DNA of 64,000 nt, taken from the NCBI GenBank assembly GCA_012513915.1, contig JAAZBG010000128.1, forward strand, positions 9,640 to 73,639, written 5' to 3'. Below the pieces are notes generated by a model that was given only the letters and a program-made list of their open reading frames with translations, made no database searches and was not told where the DNA came from. Positions 10,482 through 18,933 of this stretch are shown one piece after another. The stretch comes from Fibrobacter sp. GTDB taxonomy: Bacteria > Fibrobacterota > Chitinivibrionia > Chitinivibrionales > Chitinispirillaceae. A program made the position numbers and the translations under genes. Positions within the stretch are counted from its first letter, which is position 1. Every line of letters begins with the position of its first letter.

Positions 10482-10546
10482 AAAACGAAACTTTTACAGT
10501 CGTTCGCTTTCGAATTTTGGAATGTTATTAATAAAACGAAACTTTT
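10482..10546 (+). promoter_or_regulatory. Two copies of AAAACGAAACTTTT, 51 bp apart, upstream of the ECF sigma operon (candidate ECF-type -35 elements or operator)
   Basis: Exact 14-mers lie at 10482-10495 and 10533-10546. GAAAC resembles the AAC-containing -35 of ECF promoters, but I could not find a cleanly spaced CGT -10. Confidence 0.3.
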
Positions 10547-10680
10547 CAAACCCCCACTCTTTCGTTTGGCGAATGTTTAAAAAAAATACGAACCGCAGAC
10601 AATTTGATAGCCACTATATTTTTAACAGCGAATATTTGTCCTGCGGTGGTTCAAGGGACCCCAAACTTTAAGGATGGTGT

Positions 10681-11253
10681 ATGAATAAAACGCTATTGGA
10701 ACCTACCAGAGAGCTTCTTGATGAATGTATGGCTGGAAATCAGCTGGCATTTAAAGAAATCTTCTACATGTATCGTTCCTATGCTTACAACCTGATCTAC
10801 AAAATTACAGGGCCTCAGGGGGATCATGAGGATCTTTTGCAGGAAGTTTTTTTTCAGATTTATCTATCGTTAAAGACTTTTCACGGAGATTCGTCATTTA
10901 AAACATGGTTTCACAGAGTTGTTATTCATGTGTGCACAAGACGGTGGCGGTATCAAAAGGCTGAGAAACGAATTAATCCGAAGGATACGGTGAATCTTGA
11001 ATCCGTTGAAAATATTGTTCCTAATGCTGAGATGGGTACACTGAAACAGCTTGAGTTGAAAGATCTGGTTGAGCAGGCCCTTGAAACTGTAGATTACAAA
11101 CTAAGGATACCTTTGGTTCTTAATATATATGGTGAGATGGATTTAGCAGAAATCGCTGGAATTATGGGAATACCGGAAGGTACTGTTAAATCAAGATTGT
11201 TTACGGCGAGAAAACAGATAAAGGATTTTCTCGATACAACTGATAAAGAGTAG
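10681..11253 (+). CDS. ECF-type RNA polymerase sigma-70 family factor
   Basis: Region 2 (DLLQEVFFQIY..F.G.S.FKTW..R) and region 4 (IAGIMGIPEGTVKSRLFTARKQI). Confidence 0.85.
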   Translation: MNKTLLEPTRELLDECMAGNQLAFKEIFYMYRSYAYNLIYKITGPQGDHEDLLQEVFFQIYLSLKTFHGDSSFKTWFHRVVIHVCTRRWRYQKAEKRINPKDTVNLESVENIVPNAEMGTLKQLELKDLVEQALETVDYKLRIPLVLNIYGEMDLAEIAGIMGIPEGTVKSRLFTARKQIKDFLDTTDKE

Positions 11254-11256
11254 ATA

Positions 11257-13527
11257 ATGAATAAGATGGAAAACAAATACTCCCTTTTCGAAGCGGAGTT
11301 GCGCAAAAACACCGATGATTCAGAGGTCGATTACAGGGCTGTCGAATCGGTATTGTTTTTGCGTATTGCTGCTGCAGAACATCTGGGTGAGCTTGCTATG
11401 CTGAAGCTTGACGAGGTGTTGTCGGCAGATACTTTCGGCAGTATCGAAAGTAAGTTGTTTTCACAGATTACGCAGTATAACGAGTATGATGTTCCAATGA
11501 ATGAGTGTATCCGCACGCATTACGATCTGCCGCAAGGGCAATGGGACAGGCTTGAGTCAAAAATCGAAGCTTCAATGCATGAATGCGAAAATCTTCCGAT
11601 CTGGGAGCTGTATGTTAAAGCCCCCGAAATATTTCCAACTGAAGGTGAATGGGAAACGCTGGAGGATTTGCTCTTTGATCGTATCAGGGATATATCAGAG
11701 TGTGAATTCTGGGAACAGGCAGCTCGTCTTGATAGGATGCATATTCAGGATTCGCTTGATACCGTAGAGAAAATCCTTGACGAGAGAATCAGGGAACGGG
11801 AATCGCTTGAGAACTGGGAGCTTGTACTCAAGAGTGAAAAAGTAATTCCGTTTGCCAAATGGGAAAATATTGAAAACAGTCTGTTTGATAAGATCAGCAC
11901 CGACACTGATCACAAACCTCTTGCTTTGAACGATCAGCCATTCTGGAATATTCTCAACAACTATGTTTTTACCTTACGAACGTTTAAAGTTGCCGTAACG
12001 GCAATGCTGCTTGTTTTCATTGCGCTGGGAGGTTACTTTTCAGAGCGGTTTATTTCAATACCGGTCCCGACCGTTGTCTATCAGCTTCAGGGGAATGCTA
12101 CGGCGCAGCTTGATCCGAATGATGAGATCAAGGGCAAGGAATTTAATTCGGTTCAGGGCGGTTCAGTGTCGCTTGTAAATGAACATGGTCTGGTGGAATT
12201 GCAGAATGGGTCTAAAGTGCATATTGACAAACTTACAAAACGTCATGTTCGGTACAAGGTCGGTTTCGACAATGGAGTTCATGGAAATGACGTTGCGCGC
12301 GGACAGGTTGCGTTTTTTGTCAATCCTTTAAAAGACAACGAGTCATTCAATGTTGTGACACCGGATTATGAGATCAGCGTTAAAGGAACATACTTTAAGG
12401 TTGAACCGGATCTCGGCGGCAGGATGGTAACCCGTGTTCTTGAAGGTAAGGTCAGGATTTTATCTAAAATTTTCGGTGATACACTACTATTGGCCGGTCA
12501 GTCGATTGTATACGATATTTTTACAGAATCATACAGAATTCAGTCCGGCGGTGCAGTTCTATTGCGTAAAGATCTTGAAAATGTTCCTGATCTTGACCAA
12601 CTTAAAGCGTCTACAATCATGTCAATTAAATCCAATGTGGATGATGCGGAAGTCCGTATCGACGGGCATTATCTGGGTACTACTCCATTATCGGTTCGTC
12701 AGGCCCCGGGTGTTCATCATGTACGAATTGGAAAAAATGGCTATGTCATGAAAGATACGTCGATTACTGTTGGTATTTCAGACTATGAGCTTACTGTTGC
12801 GCTTAGTGAAGTCCAGCCACCGCAAACGGTGACTGTAGTAGAAAAAGAGGTCAATGAGGCTCAGGTTATTACAAAGAAAAATGCTGTGTCACCTGAGACC
12901 GTTGCGTCAGTATTGCTTGGGGACTCCGGAGATAGTGAGATCGTACAGAAAGAGGAAAAATCTGATTTTGACAGTCTTTATTCTCTTGCGCAAAAACTGG
13001 AGTTCAGGGGAAAGTGGAAAGATGCAATTGAGATGTATCAGAAGATATTTGATAATCCTGATATGTCAAGATTGAGGAAAGAGGATGCATTATTCTCCAT
13101 TGCAAAGCTGAGGGCTGACAATGAGGAAAACAAGACTGAAGCGAAGAATGTATTCATGACCTATCTTGCACTATATCCCAACGGTTCTTTTGCAGGTGAA
13201 ACATGGTTACGTCTTGCTGAGCTTGAGTTCAAGACCAGTCCGGATAATGCGATTCAATACTATCTGAAGTATTTTGAAATGTTCCCGAGACATCCACGGA
13301 TCTCTGAGCTTCAGAACAGGGTCGGTGTAATCTATTTACAACAGAATAAGTATGATAATGCAATTTCAATGTTTCGTCAGGCACTCGCCAGCATGATCTC
13401 ACAATCAACGACCGAGCGTGCAAATATTACATCAAATCTGTACCGGGCTCTTGAGGCAAAGGGTGACAGTAAGAGCGCTGATTCCATACAGCGTCTTTAT
13501 AATCTGAATTACACAAAAGATAAATAA
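11257..13527 (+). CDS. Putative anti-sigma factor: cytoplasmic repeat region, one TM helix, then FecR-like, PEGA and C-terminal TPR modules
   Basis: Starts 4 nt after the sigma gene. The TM helix (VAVTAMLLVFIALGGYF) is near aa 245. The FecR-like segment has VVTPDYEISVKGTYFKV, the PEGA-like segment has AEVRIDGHYLGTTPL..PGVHHVRIGKNGY, and TPR-like helices lie at the C-terminus. Confidence 0.65.
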   Translation: MNKMENKYSLFEAELRKNTDDSEVDYRAVESVLFLRIAAAEHLGELAMLKLDEVLSADTFGSIESKLFSQITQYNEYDVPMNECIRTHYDLPQGQWDRLESKIEASMHECENLPIWELYVKAPEIFPTEGEWETLEDLLFDRIRDISECEFWEQAARLDRMHIQDSLDTVEKILDERIRERESLENWELVLKSEKVIPFAKWENIENSLFDKISTDTDHKPLALNDQPFWNILNNYVFTLRTFKVAVTAMLLVFIALGGYFSERFISIPVPTVVYQLQGNATAQLDPNDEIKGKEFNSVQGGSVSLVNEHGLVELQNGSKVHIDKLTKRHVRYKVGFDNGVHGNDVARGQVAFFVNPLKDNESFNVVTPDYEISVKGTYFKVEPDLGGRMVTRVLEGKVRILSKIFGDTLLLAGQSIVYDIFTESYRIQSGGAVLLRKDLENVPDLDQLKASTIMSIKSNVDDAEVRIDGHYLGTTPLSVRQAPGVHHVRIGKNGYVMKDTSITVGISDYELTVALSEVQPPQTVTVVEKEVNEAQVITKKNAVSPETVASVLLGDSGDSEIVQKEEKSDFDSLYSLAQKLEFRGKWKDAIEMYQKIFDNPDMSRLRKEDALFSIAKLRADNEENKTEAKNVFMTYLALYPNGSFAGETWLRLAELEFKTSPDNAIQYYLKYFEMFPRHPRISELQNRVGVIYLQQNKYDNAISMFRQALASMISQSTTERANITSNLYRALEAKGDSKSADSIQRLYNLNYTKDK

Positions 13528-13619
13528 TCCGCTTAATCAAAGACCAGGTGTGATGCCGGTACTTCACAGGCGCATCTCATTGAGTTTCATGCAATCCCGG
13601 TTCAATATAAACCGTAATA

Positions 13620-13786
13620 ATCCTAAATGGCGCAGTTGGCGGGGGTGCAGAACTGTAATATATTGAGATGATAAGCTTTGAAAACCTCGCAGGCTTTATC
13701 GACGGGTGATAAGGTCAAGAGGTTTGAAACGCTTAGCGCTCAATAGATTACGGTTTTGCGCCGCGATCAACTGCGCCATTTAGGAT
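13620..13786. repeat. 167-bp rod-like imperfect palindrome with perfect 19-bp termini
   Basis: atcctaaatggcgcagttg (13620-13638) is the exact reverse complement of caactgcgccatttaggat (13768-13786). Inner segments also pair (ctgtaatatattgag / ctcaatagattacgg; aagctttgaaaacctc / gaggtttgaaacgctt). AATA flanks both ends. Confidence 0.75.
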
Positions 13787-13903
13787 AATACAGTATGGAC
13801 TACTGTGCCGGTCTGGTTAATAAAAAAGATTGAAATTGATGTGCTTGTAACATAATATATTTTCAATGTATTATTTCTTTTTATCTTTAACAGGAGTACC
13901 TCG

Positions 13904-14173
13904 ATGTCATCAACTGCAGCACACTATATAATCGGTGTTCATATTACCGATCGTGTAAAGAATGTACCGTCGGTTCAGGCTGTTCTGACTGAATTTGGTT
14001 GTTTTATCAAAACCCGGCTTGGTTTGCATGATATTTCGAATGATTCCTGTTCACCAAATGGCCTGCTTATCGTTGAGCTTCTCGGCGAGGACGGGAAATT
14101 TGAGGCATTTGTCCGTGCACTGAAAGCTATTGAGGGTGTTGATTGTCAGAGCATGGTGTTTAAGCACCTTTAA
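13904..14173 (+). CDS. Small ACT-fold protein, TM1266-like (family annotated as iron-only hydrogenase system regulator)
   Basis: An 89-aa protein matching the pattern I.GV.I.DR......V..VL..FG..I..R.G.........G.L.V.L.G........L..I.GV. The SD aggag lies upstream. The family assignment is from memory of the pattern only. Confidence 0.45.
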   Translation: MSSTAAHYIIGVHITDRVKNVPSVQAVLTEFGCFIKTRLGLHDISNDSCSPNGLLIVELLGEDGKFEAFVRALKAIEGVDCQSMVFKHL

Positions 14174-14212
14174 GTATACAGGATTTACGGTTTTCGATAC
14201 GAGGTATATTAA

Positions 14213-15268
14213 TTGAAGAAAATTGTTCTTACAGGTGGCGGGACTGCGGGTCATGTAACACCCAATCTTGCATTGGTTGATACGTTAAGGAATAACGGAT
14301 TTACTGTTGTATACATAGGGACTCGTAAAGGAATAGAGTTTGAGCTAGTAAAAAGAACGTCAATACCGATGCACTGTATCAGTGCCGGAAAATTACGGCG
14401 ATATCTTGATTTTAAAAATGTTACAGATGTTGTCAATATTATGCTTGGTTTTCTGCAATCGTTTTTTCTTCTGTTAAAAATCAATCCTGATGTTGTGTTT
14501 AGTAAAGGTGGCTTTGTATCGTGTCCGGTGGTATGGGCTGCGTGGCTTCTTCGTAAGCCTGTGGTGATTCATGAATCTGATATGACACCGGGACTTGCCA
14601 ATAAACTCTCTTTACCTTTTGCAAAGAAAATCTGTTTCAGTTTTCCCGAAACAGAAATGCACCTTGCGCAGTCAAAAAGGGTGCTTACCGGAATACCAAT
14701 TCGTAAAGAACTGTTCCGTGGGGATGCGTCCGAGGGGGGCAGGTTGTGTGGATTCACTGATAATAAACCGGTGGTTATGATTATCGGGGGTTCCCAGGGC
14801 TCGCAGGTTGTTAATACAGCAATCAGGGAGTCACTCGGTATACTCCTTGATGAATTCAATGTGTGTCATCTTTGCGGTAAAGGGAATCTTGTTGATGACC
14901 GCGCGGGATATAAACAGTTCGAATATGTCAATGAAGAACTACCACATCTTTTTGCGATGGCTGATGTCATTGTATCCCGATCAGGTGCTACAACACTATT
15001 TGAGCTCCTTGCATTACGGAAGCCATCACTGCTGATACCGCTTGCATCAAATGCCAGTCGCGGGGATCAGATCCTGAACGCTGAATCATTTGAAAAGCAA
15101 GGGTATTCAAAAGTGCTTCATCAGGTTGATTTGTCGTCAGAGGCGCTGATAAGTGCACTCAGTGCTACGTTTAACGACCGTAGTAAAATGATTGATGCAA
15201 TGAATAGATCAAATATCACCGATGGTATTGATGCGGTAGTTTCGGAGATCAAATCTGTAGTAAAATAA
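14213..15268 (+). CDS. murG: UDP-N-acetylglucosamine--N-acetylmuramyl-(pentapeptide) pyrophosphoryl-undecaprenol GlcNAc transferase
   Basis: LTGGGTAGHVTPNLAL, HESD..PGLANK, IGGSQG and SRSGATT..EL. The start codon is TTG. Confidence 0.9.
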   Translation: MKKIVLTGGGTAGHVTPNLALVDTLRNNGFTVVYIGTRKGIEFELVKRTSIPMHCISAGKLRRYLDFKNVTDVVNIMLGFLQSFFLLLKINPDVVFSKGGFVSCPVVWAAWLLRKPVVIHESDMTPGLANKLSLPFAKKICFSFPETEMHLAQSKRVLTGIPIRKELFRGDASEGGRLCGFTDNKPVVMIIGGSQGSQVVNTAIRESLGILLDEFNVCHLCGKGNLVDDRAGYKQFEYVNEELPHLFAMADVIVSRSGATTLFELLALRKPSLLIPLASNASRGDQILNAESFEKQGYSKVLHQVDLSSEALISALSATFNDRSKMIDAMNRSNITDGIDAVVSEIKSVVK

Positions 15269-15516
15269 AGCTTTCAGATTAAAGCCGCACTATTGATGAG
15301 ACGCTGGAAAACAGCGTTCCCACATTATATAAATATTTAATTGTAAAATTCGAATTGTATACGGTTACGGTGATGACTATTTTATGGTACGTTAGTTGCT
15401 TTGTTATTATACAGAGAATGTAAAAAATGCAACAAACCGGGTTTAGTTGTGTTAGAACTATACAGCAGAATGAAACAAATGAAACATAAAGTATCAATAT
15501 TAAACAGGGGTGATTT

Positions 15517-16362
15517 ATGAACTATGTTAAAACAACGCTGCTACTCGGTCTTTTGACCGGTCTGTTTATGATGTTTGGAAATCTTATCGGCGGCCAGAAT
15601 GGTATGCTTATCGGTTTACTTATTGCCGGGGCAATGAACTTTTTCAGTTACTGGTTTTCAGACAAAATAGTTCTTGCAATGTATGGTGCCAAAGAGGCAG
15701 ATCCGAATCAGTATGCAGGTCTTTACCGGATAGTACGTCGTCTTACCGAAAAAGCAGGGATGCCAATGCCTAAAGTCTATGTTATTCCTGAAGAACAGCC
15801 GAATGCATTCGCAACCGGACGGAGCCCGAAGCATGCCGCAGTAGCTGCAACGGTAGGAATAATGCGGATTCTCAGTGAGGAGGAGCTTGAAGGCGTAATG
15901 GCTCATGAGTTGATGCATGTTGCACATCGTGATACGCTTATAAGCACGATTGCCGCTACGTTTGCCGGAGCGATATCGTATGCTGCAAGTATTGTAAAAT
16001 GGGGTGCACTATTCAGTGGGGGGCGCGATGATGATAACCGGGGTAATTTTGCCGTCGCGATAGCTATGGCAATACTTGCACCAATCGCAGCACTGCTGAT
16101 ACAGATGGCTATCTCCCGTTCCCGTGAGTATGCTGCTGATGAAGGTGCCGGTGAACTTTGCAGAAAACCGATAGCACTCGCAAATGCGCTCCGTAAACTT
16201 CAAAGAGGTGCACAGATGGTGCCAATGGGTGGATCACCGGCAGCCGCATCACTTTTTATAGTAAATCCATTTGCCGGCGGTATGGCAAGCTGGTTCAGTA
16301 CTCACCCGCCAATGGAAAAGCGTATTGAAAAACTGGAGCTACAGCAGCGTACGATTGCTTAA
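15517..16362 (+). CDS. htpX: Zinc metalloprotease HtpX
   Basis: N-terminal TM helices, NAFATG, the [10 protein letters not shown] (HExxH) motif and the C-terminal STHPP..KRI. Confidence 0.9.
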   Translation: MNYVKTTLLLGLLTGLFMMFGNLIGGQNGMLIGLLIAGAMNFFSYWFSDKIVLAMYGAKEADPNQYAGLYRIVRRLTEKAGMPMPKVYVIPEEQPNAFATGRSPKHAAVAATVGIMRILSEEELEGVMAHELMHVAHRDTLISTIAATFAGAISYAASIVKWGALFSGGRDDDNRGNFAVAIAMAILAPIAALLIQMAISRSREYAADEGAGELCRKPIALANALRKLQRGAQMVPMGGSPAAASLFIVNPFAGGMASWFSTHPPMEKRIEKLELQQRTIA

Positions 16363-16366
16363 GAAT

Positions 16367-16394
16367 GTAACAAGTGACTAGTGACGGGTGACAA
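16367..16394. repeat. GT(G/A)ACNN heptamer array, 4 units
   Basis: gtaacaa gtgacta gtgacgg gtgacaa lies 5 nt after the htpX stop and 9 nt before the ATG of the next gene. Confidence 0.85.
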
Positions 16395-16402
16395 GCAGAA
16401 AA

Positions 16403-17104
16403 ATGCAGCACTCGTCACAGCTTCCTTACAATCCCGAAAGTGGGCCAGTGAATAACCGATTTCCGTCAGAATTATTGCTTCAGTCTTATGCACCAATCAC
16501 TCCTGTACCTTGCTGTGAATCAATTTGTGCACATATAGCACCCGATTTTTTTACATTGTGGGAAGAGTATGAAAAGGAGGCGGGGTGTGAAACGGGCATT
16601 CCTTACTGGGCAGCTGTGTGGCCGGGAGCAAAATCGCTGGCACGGTATCTGTTGAGTAACAGGGAACTGGTCTGTGGAAAAAAAGTTCTTGATTTCGGCA
16701 GTGGTAGTGGCGTTGTGTCAATAGCCTCATGTCAATCAGGGGCATTAGATGTGGTTGCGAATGATATTGATCCAATTGCCCGGTTTGTTGCGTCACAGAA
16801 TTTTTCAGAAAACAATGTCTCGGTAAGAATGACCAGCGATAATATGCTGACCAGTACTACTGACGAACATTTTGATCTCGTACTGGTTTGTGATATGTTC
16901 TACGAACGATCAACCGCAAAACCACTTCATGCATTTCTTGAAAGTTGTATCAATAAAGGGACCCGGGTAATAATTGCTGATGGAACCCGTCCATTTACTC
17001 CGAGAGAATGTTTACTGTCGTTATACTCAGAGGTGATTCCGGTGAATCATGCACTTGAGGGGATGCGGGAACGTACGGTTACCGTTTTTGAGATGAAGAA
17101 GTGA
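16403..17104 (+). CDS. Class I SAM-dependent methyltransferase (protein-lysine / L11-MTase-like)
   Basis: Motif I is VLDFGSGSGVVSIA, followed by ANDIDP and DLVLVCDMFY. ATG 16403 is preferred because the GTG at 16388 lies inside the heptamer array. Confidence 0.75.
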   Translation: MQHSSQLPYNPESGPVNNRFPSELLLQSYAPITPVPCCESICAHIAPDFFTLWEEYEKEAGCETGIPYWAAVWPGAKSLARYLLSNRELVCGKKVLDFGSGSGVVSIASCQSGALDVVANDIDPIARFVASQNFSENNVSVRMTSDNMLTSTTDEHFDLVLVCDMFYERSTAKPLHAFLESCINKGTRVIIADGTRPFTPRECLLSLYSEVIPVNHALEGMRERTVTVFEMKK

Positions 17105-17223
17105 CACGTAACAAGTGACAAGTGACGTGTGACCAGTGACAAGTATTTGAGAAGCCCTGCGGGCTTTGAAAACTCCAGACCCGTTACTCGTTACGTGTCA
17201 CTCGTCACGTGTCACTCGTCACT
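17101..17223. repeat. Large palindrome made of 6+6 GT(G/A)ACNN heptamers around a short GC hairpin; probable bidirectional terminator
   Basis: The left arm (17101-17144) is gtgacac gtaacaa gtgacaa gtgacgt gtgacca gtgacaa. The centre holds aagccc-tgc-gggctt (17152-17166). The right arm (17182-17223) carries the complementary GT(C/T)AC-containing heptamers. It fills the gap between the convergent methyltransferase and trpF genes, and the first heptamer contains the methyltransferase stop codon. Confidence 0.85.
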
Positions 17224-17228
17224 TCCCC

Positions 17229-17855
17229 TTACACAGGTTTCCAATTTCGTATAATATTAACCACATCCCTGATTTTGTGAGGGTTCTTGATACCCGGCTG
17301 GATTTCAACGCCGCTATTAATATCAAGACCATACGGGTTGAGTGCGTTGAGTGCATCCTCAACATTGCTCGGACCCAGACCTCCTGCGACAACTACGTTA
17401 TTATGGTGTGTACATACCTGACGAGCCTGTGACCAGTCAAATGTTTTTCCGCTGCCGCCATGCATCGTACCATTCCAGGTGTCAAGCAGAATGCCGGATG
17501 TTTTATAGGTCTCTATAACGGAAAGATCGGTGTCGGGTTTGATTGAAAACGTTTTAATGACAGGATGGGAGAACTGTGCACAAAATTCCGGTGTTTCTGA
17601 ACCATGAAGCTGCAATGTGTCAATACCTGTACGTCCTGCAATTTCAAGAATGTTTTCAAACGATTCGTTTACAAAAACACCAACGCGGGAAACGAATGGC
17701 GGTAATTGACGGATAATCGTAGCAGCATCATCCGGTGCCACATACCGTGGACTTTTCCGGAAGAAAATAAACCCAAGTGCATCAACACCAAGGTTTGCGG
17801 CGATTCGTGCATCTTCATATCTGGTTATTCCGCATATCTTTATTCGTGTCGGCAT
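17229..17855 (-). CDS. trpF: Phosphoribosylanthranilate isomerase
   Basis: IKICGIT, GVDALGFIF...SPR, LQLHG and VAGGL.P.NV. Confidence 0.9.
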   Translation of the reverse strand: MPTRIKICGITRYEDARIAANLGVDALGFIFFRKSPRYVAPDDAATIIRQLPPFVSRVGVFVNESFENILEIAGRTGIDTLQLHGSETPEFCAQFSHPVIKTFSIKPDTDLSVIETYKTSGILLDTWNGTMHGGSGKTFDWSQARQVCTHHNNVVVAGGLGPSNVEDALNALNPYGLDINSGVEIQPGIKNPHKIRDVVNIIRNWKPV

Positions 17856-17941
17856 TTCATTCCTTTATTATAGATTGTACTGCTTTATCATCCGAAACCT
17901 CTGTGGTTTAAATCTATCGTTTCTTTACACGAATCTATAAG

Positions 17942-18105
17942 TTAACCACAGAGAACACAGAGGACACAGAGAAAGAAAATACAAAGAGGAATTTTTACGG
18001 GTTTATATAATATTGTTTTTAAGTATGGATTGATATATAAACAATCCTAACGTAATTCATTCTCTTTTGTCTTCTCTCTGTGATCTCTGTGTCCTCTGTG
18101 GTTAA
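17942..18105. repeat. Inverted repeat whose ~50-nt arms contain tandem (A/G)ACACAGAG nonamers
   Basis: The left arm (17942-17992) is ttaaccacagag aacacagag gacacagag aaag.... The right arm (18055-18105) is its imperfect complement, ...ctctctgtgatctctgtgtcctctgtggttaa. An extra cctctgtggtt lies at 17898-17908. The element occupies the 305-bp gap between trpC and trpF. Confidence 0.85.
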
Positions 18106-18160
18106 TTCCTTCCGTTGCATTTACATGAACGGAATTTAAAAAAGAGATCGTGTGAGATTC

Positions 18161-18925
18161 TTAACAACTCAATTCCCGTATCAATTTCCCCGGATCCGGT
18201 AACTTTACAAGTGATTCACCGACAAGTAACGCCTTAACACCATGCGATTTCAGTTGCGATGCCTGATCCCCGTTTTCGATACCGCTTTCAGAAACGACTG
18301 TTACCGTTGATGGAATCTTTGCAATAAGCTCAATGGTCATAGTGATGTCAACGTTGAACGTTGCGAGATTCCGATTGTTGATACCTATTAACGCCGGATC
18401 AAGTTTCATTGTTCTGTCAAGCTCTTCAAACGAATGAATTTCAATTAGTGGATCAATTTCGAGATCGATTGCAGCCTGATAAAGATCACGTAGTTGCGAA
18501 TCGTCAAGAACTGCTGCAATTAAAAGCATTGCATCTGCACCAATATGTGAGGTTTCCTCAACCTGAATCGGATCGATGATAAATTCTTTGCGAATTACCG
18601 GCAGCGAGACATGTTCGCGTACAGCCAATAAATAATCATTGCATCCCTGGAAGAATTTTTCATCAGTGAGAACAGAAATAGCGTGAGCCCCACCTTTTTC
18701 GTATGACATTCCTATCTTTACAGGATCAAAATCAGGGCAGATTATTCCCTTTGACGGTGAGGCTTTTTTTACTTCTGCAATTATTCCAAGTGATGGTGCT
18801 GTCTGAAGAGCCTTTGTAAAACCACGCTTTGTACTTTTGTGCGGTGTGTGTTTTTCAGGCGTTTTCCGGAGTTTTGCAACTTCAGTTTTTTTATGTTCTA
18901 TAATTGTGTCAAGAATTGTTGCCAT
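18161..18925 (-). CDS. trpC: Indole-3-glycerol phosphate synthase
   Basis: IIAEVKKASPSKG, GAHAISVLTDEKFFQG, IRKEFIID..Q and INNRNL.TF. Confidence 0.9.
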   Translation of the reverse strand: MATILDTIIEHKKTEVAKLRKTPEKHTPHKSTKRGFTKALQTAPSLGIIAEVKKASPSKGIICPDFDPVKIGMSYEKGGAHAISVLTDEKFFQGCNDYLLAVREHVSLPVIRKEFIIDPIQVEETSHIGADAMLLIAAVLDDSQLRDLYQAAIDLEIDPLIEIHSFEELDRTMKLDPALIGINNRNLATFNVDITMTIELIAKIPSTVTVVSESGIENGDQASQLKSHGVKALLVGESLVKLPDPGKLIRELSC

Positions 18926-18933
18926 AGGTTGTA

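Noticed and set aside
10471-10671. A 66-aa ORF lies in the region upstream of the ECF sigma gene.
   Set aside because: It has low-complexity, basic composition and no SD. It overlaps the duplicated 14-mer boxes, so it is more likely a regulatory region.
16367-17223. The heptamer arrays as a CRISPR-like array.
   Set aside because: The units are 7 nt with only 2 variable bases. There are no spacers of 25-40 nt and no cas genes. The arrays occur as inverted arms.
17166-17432. An 88-aa plus-strand ORF spans the heptamer palindrome and the 3' end of trpF.
   Set aside because: It is made of repeat sequence plus an antisense reading of trpF, with no SD.
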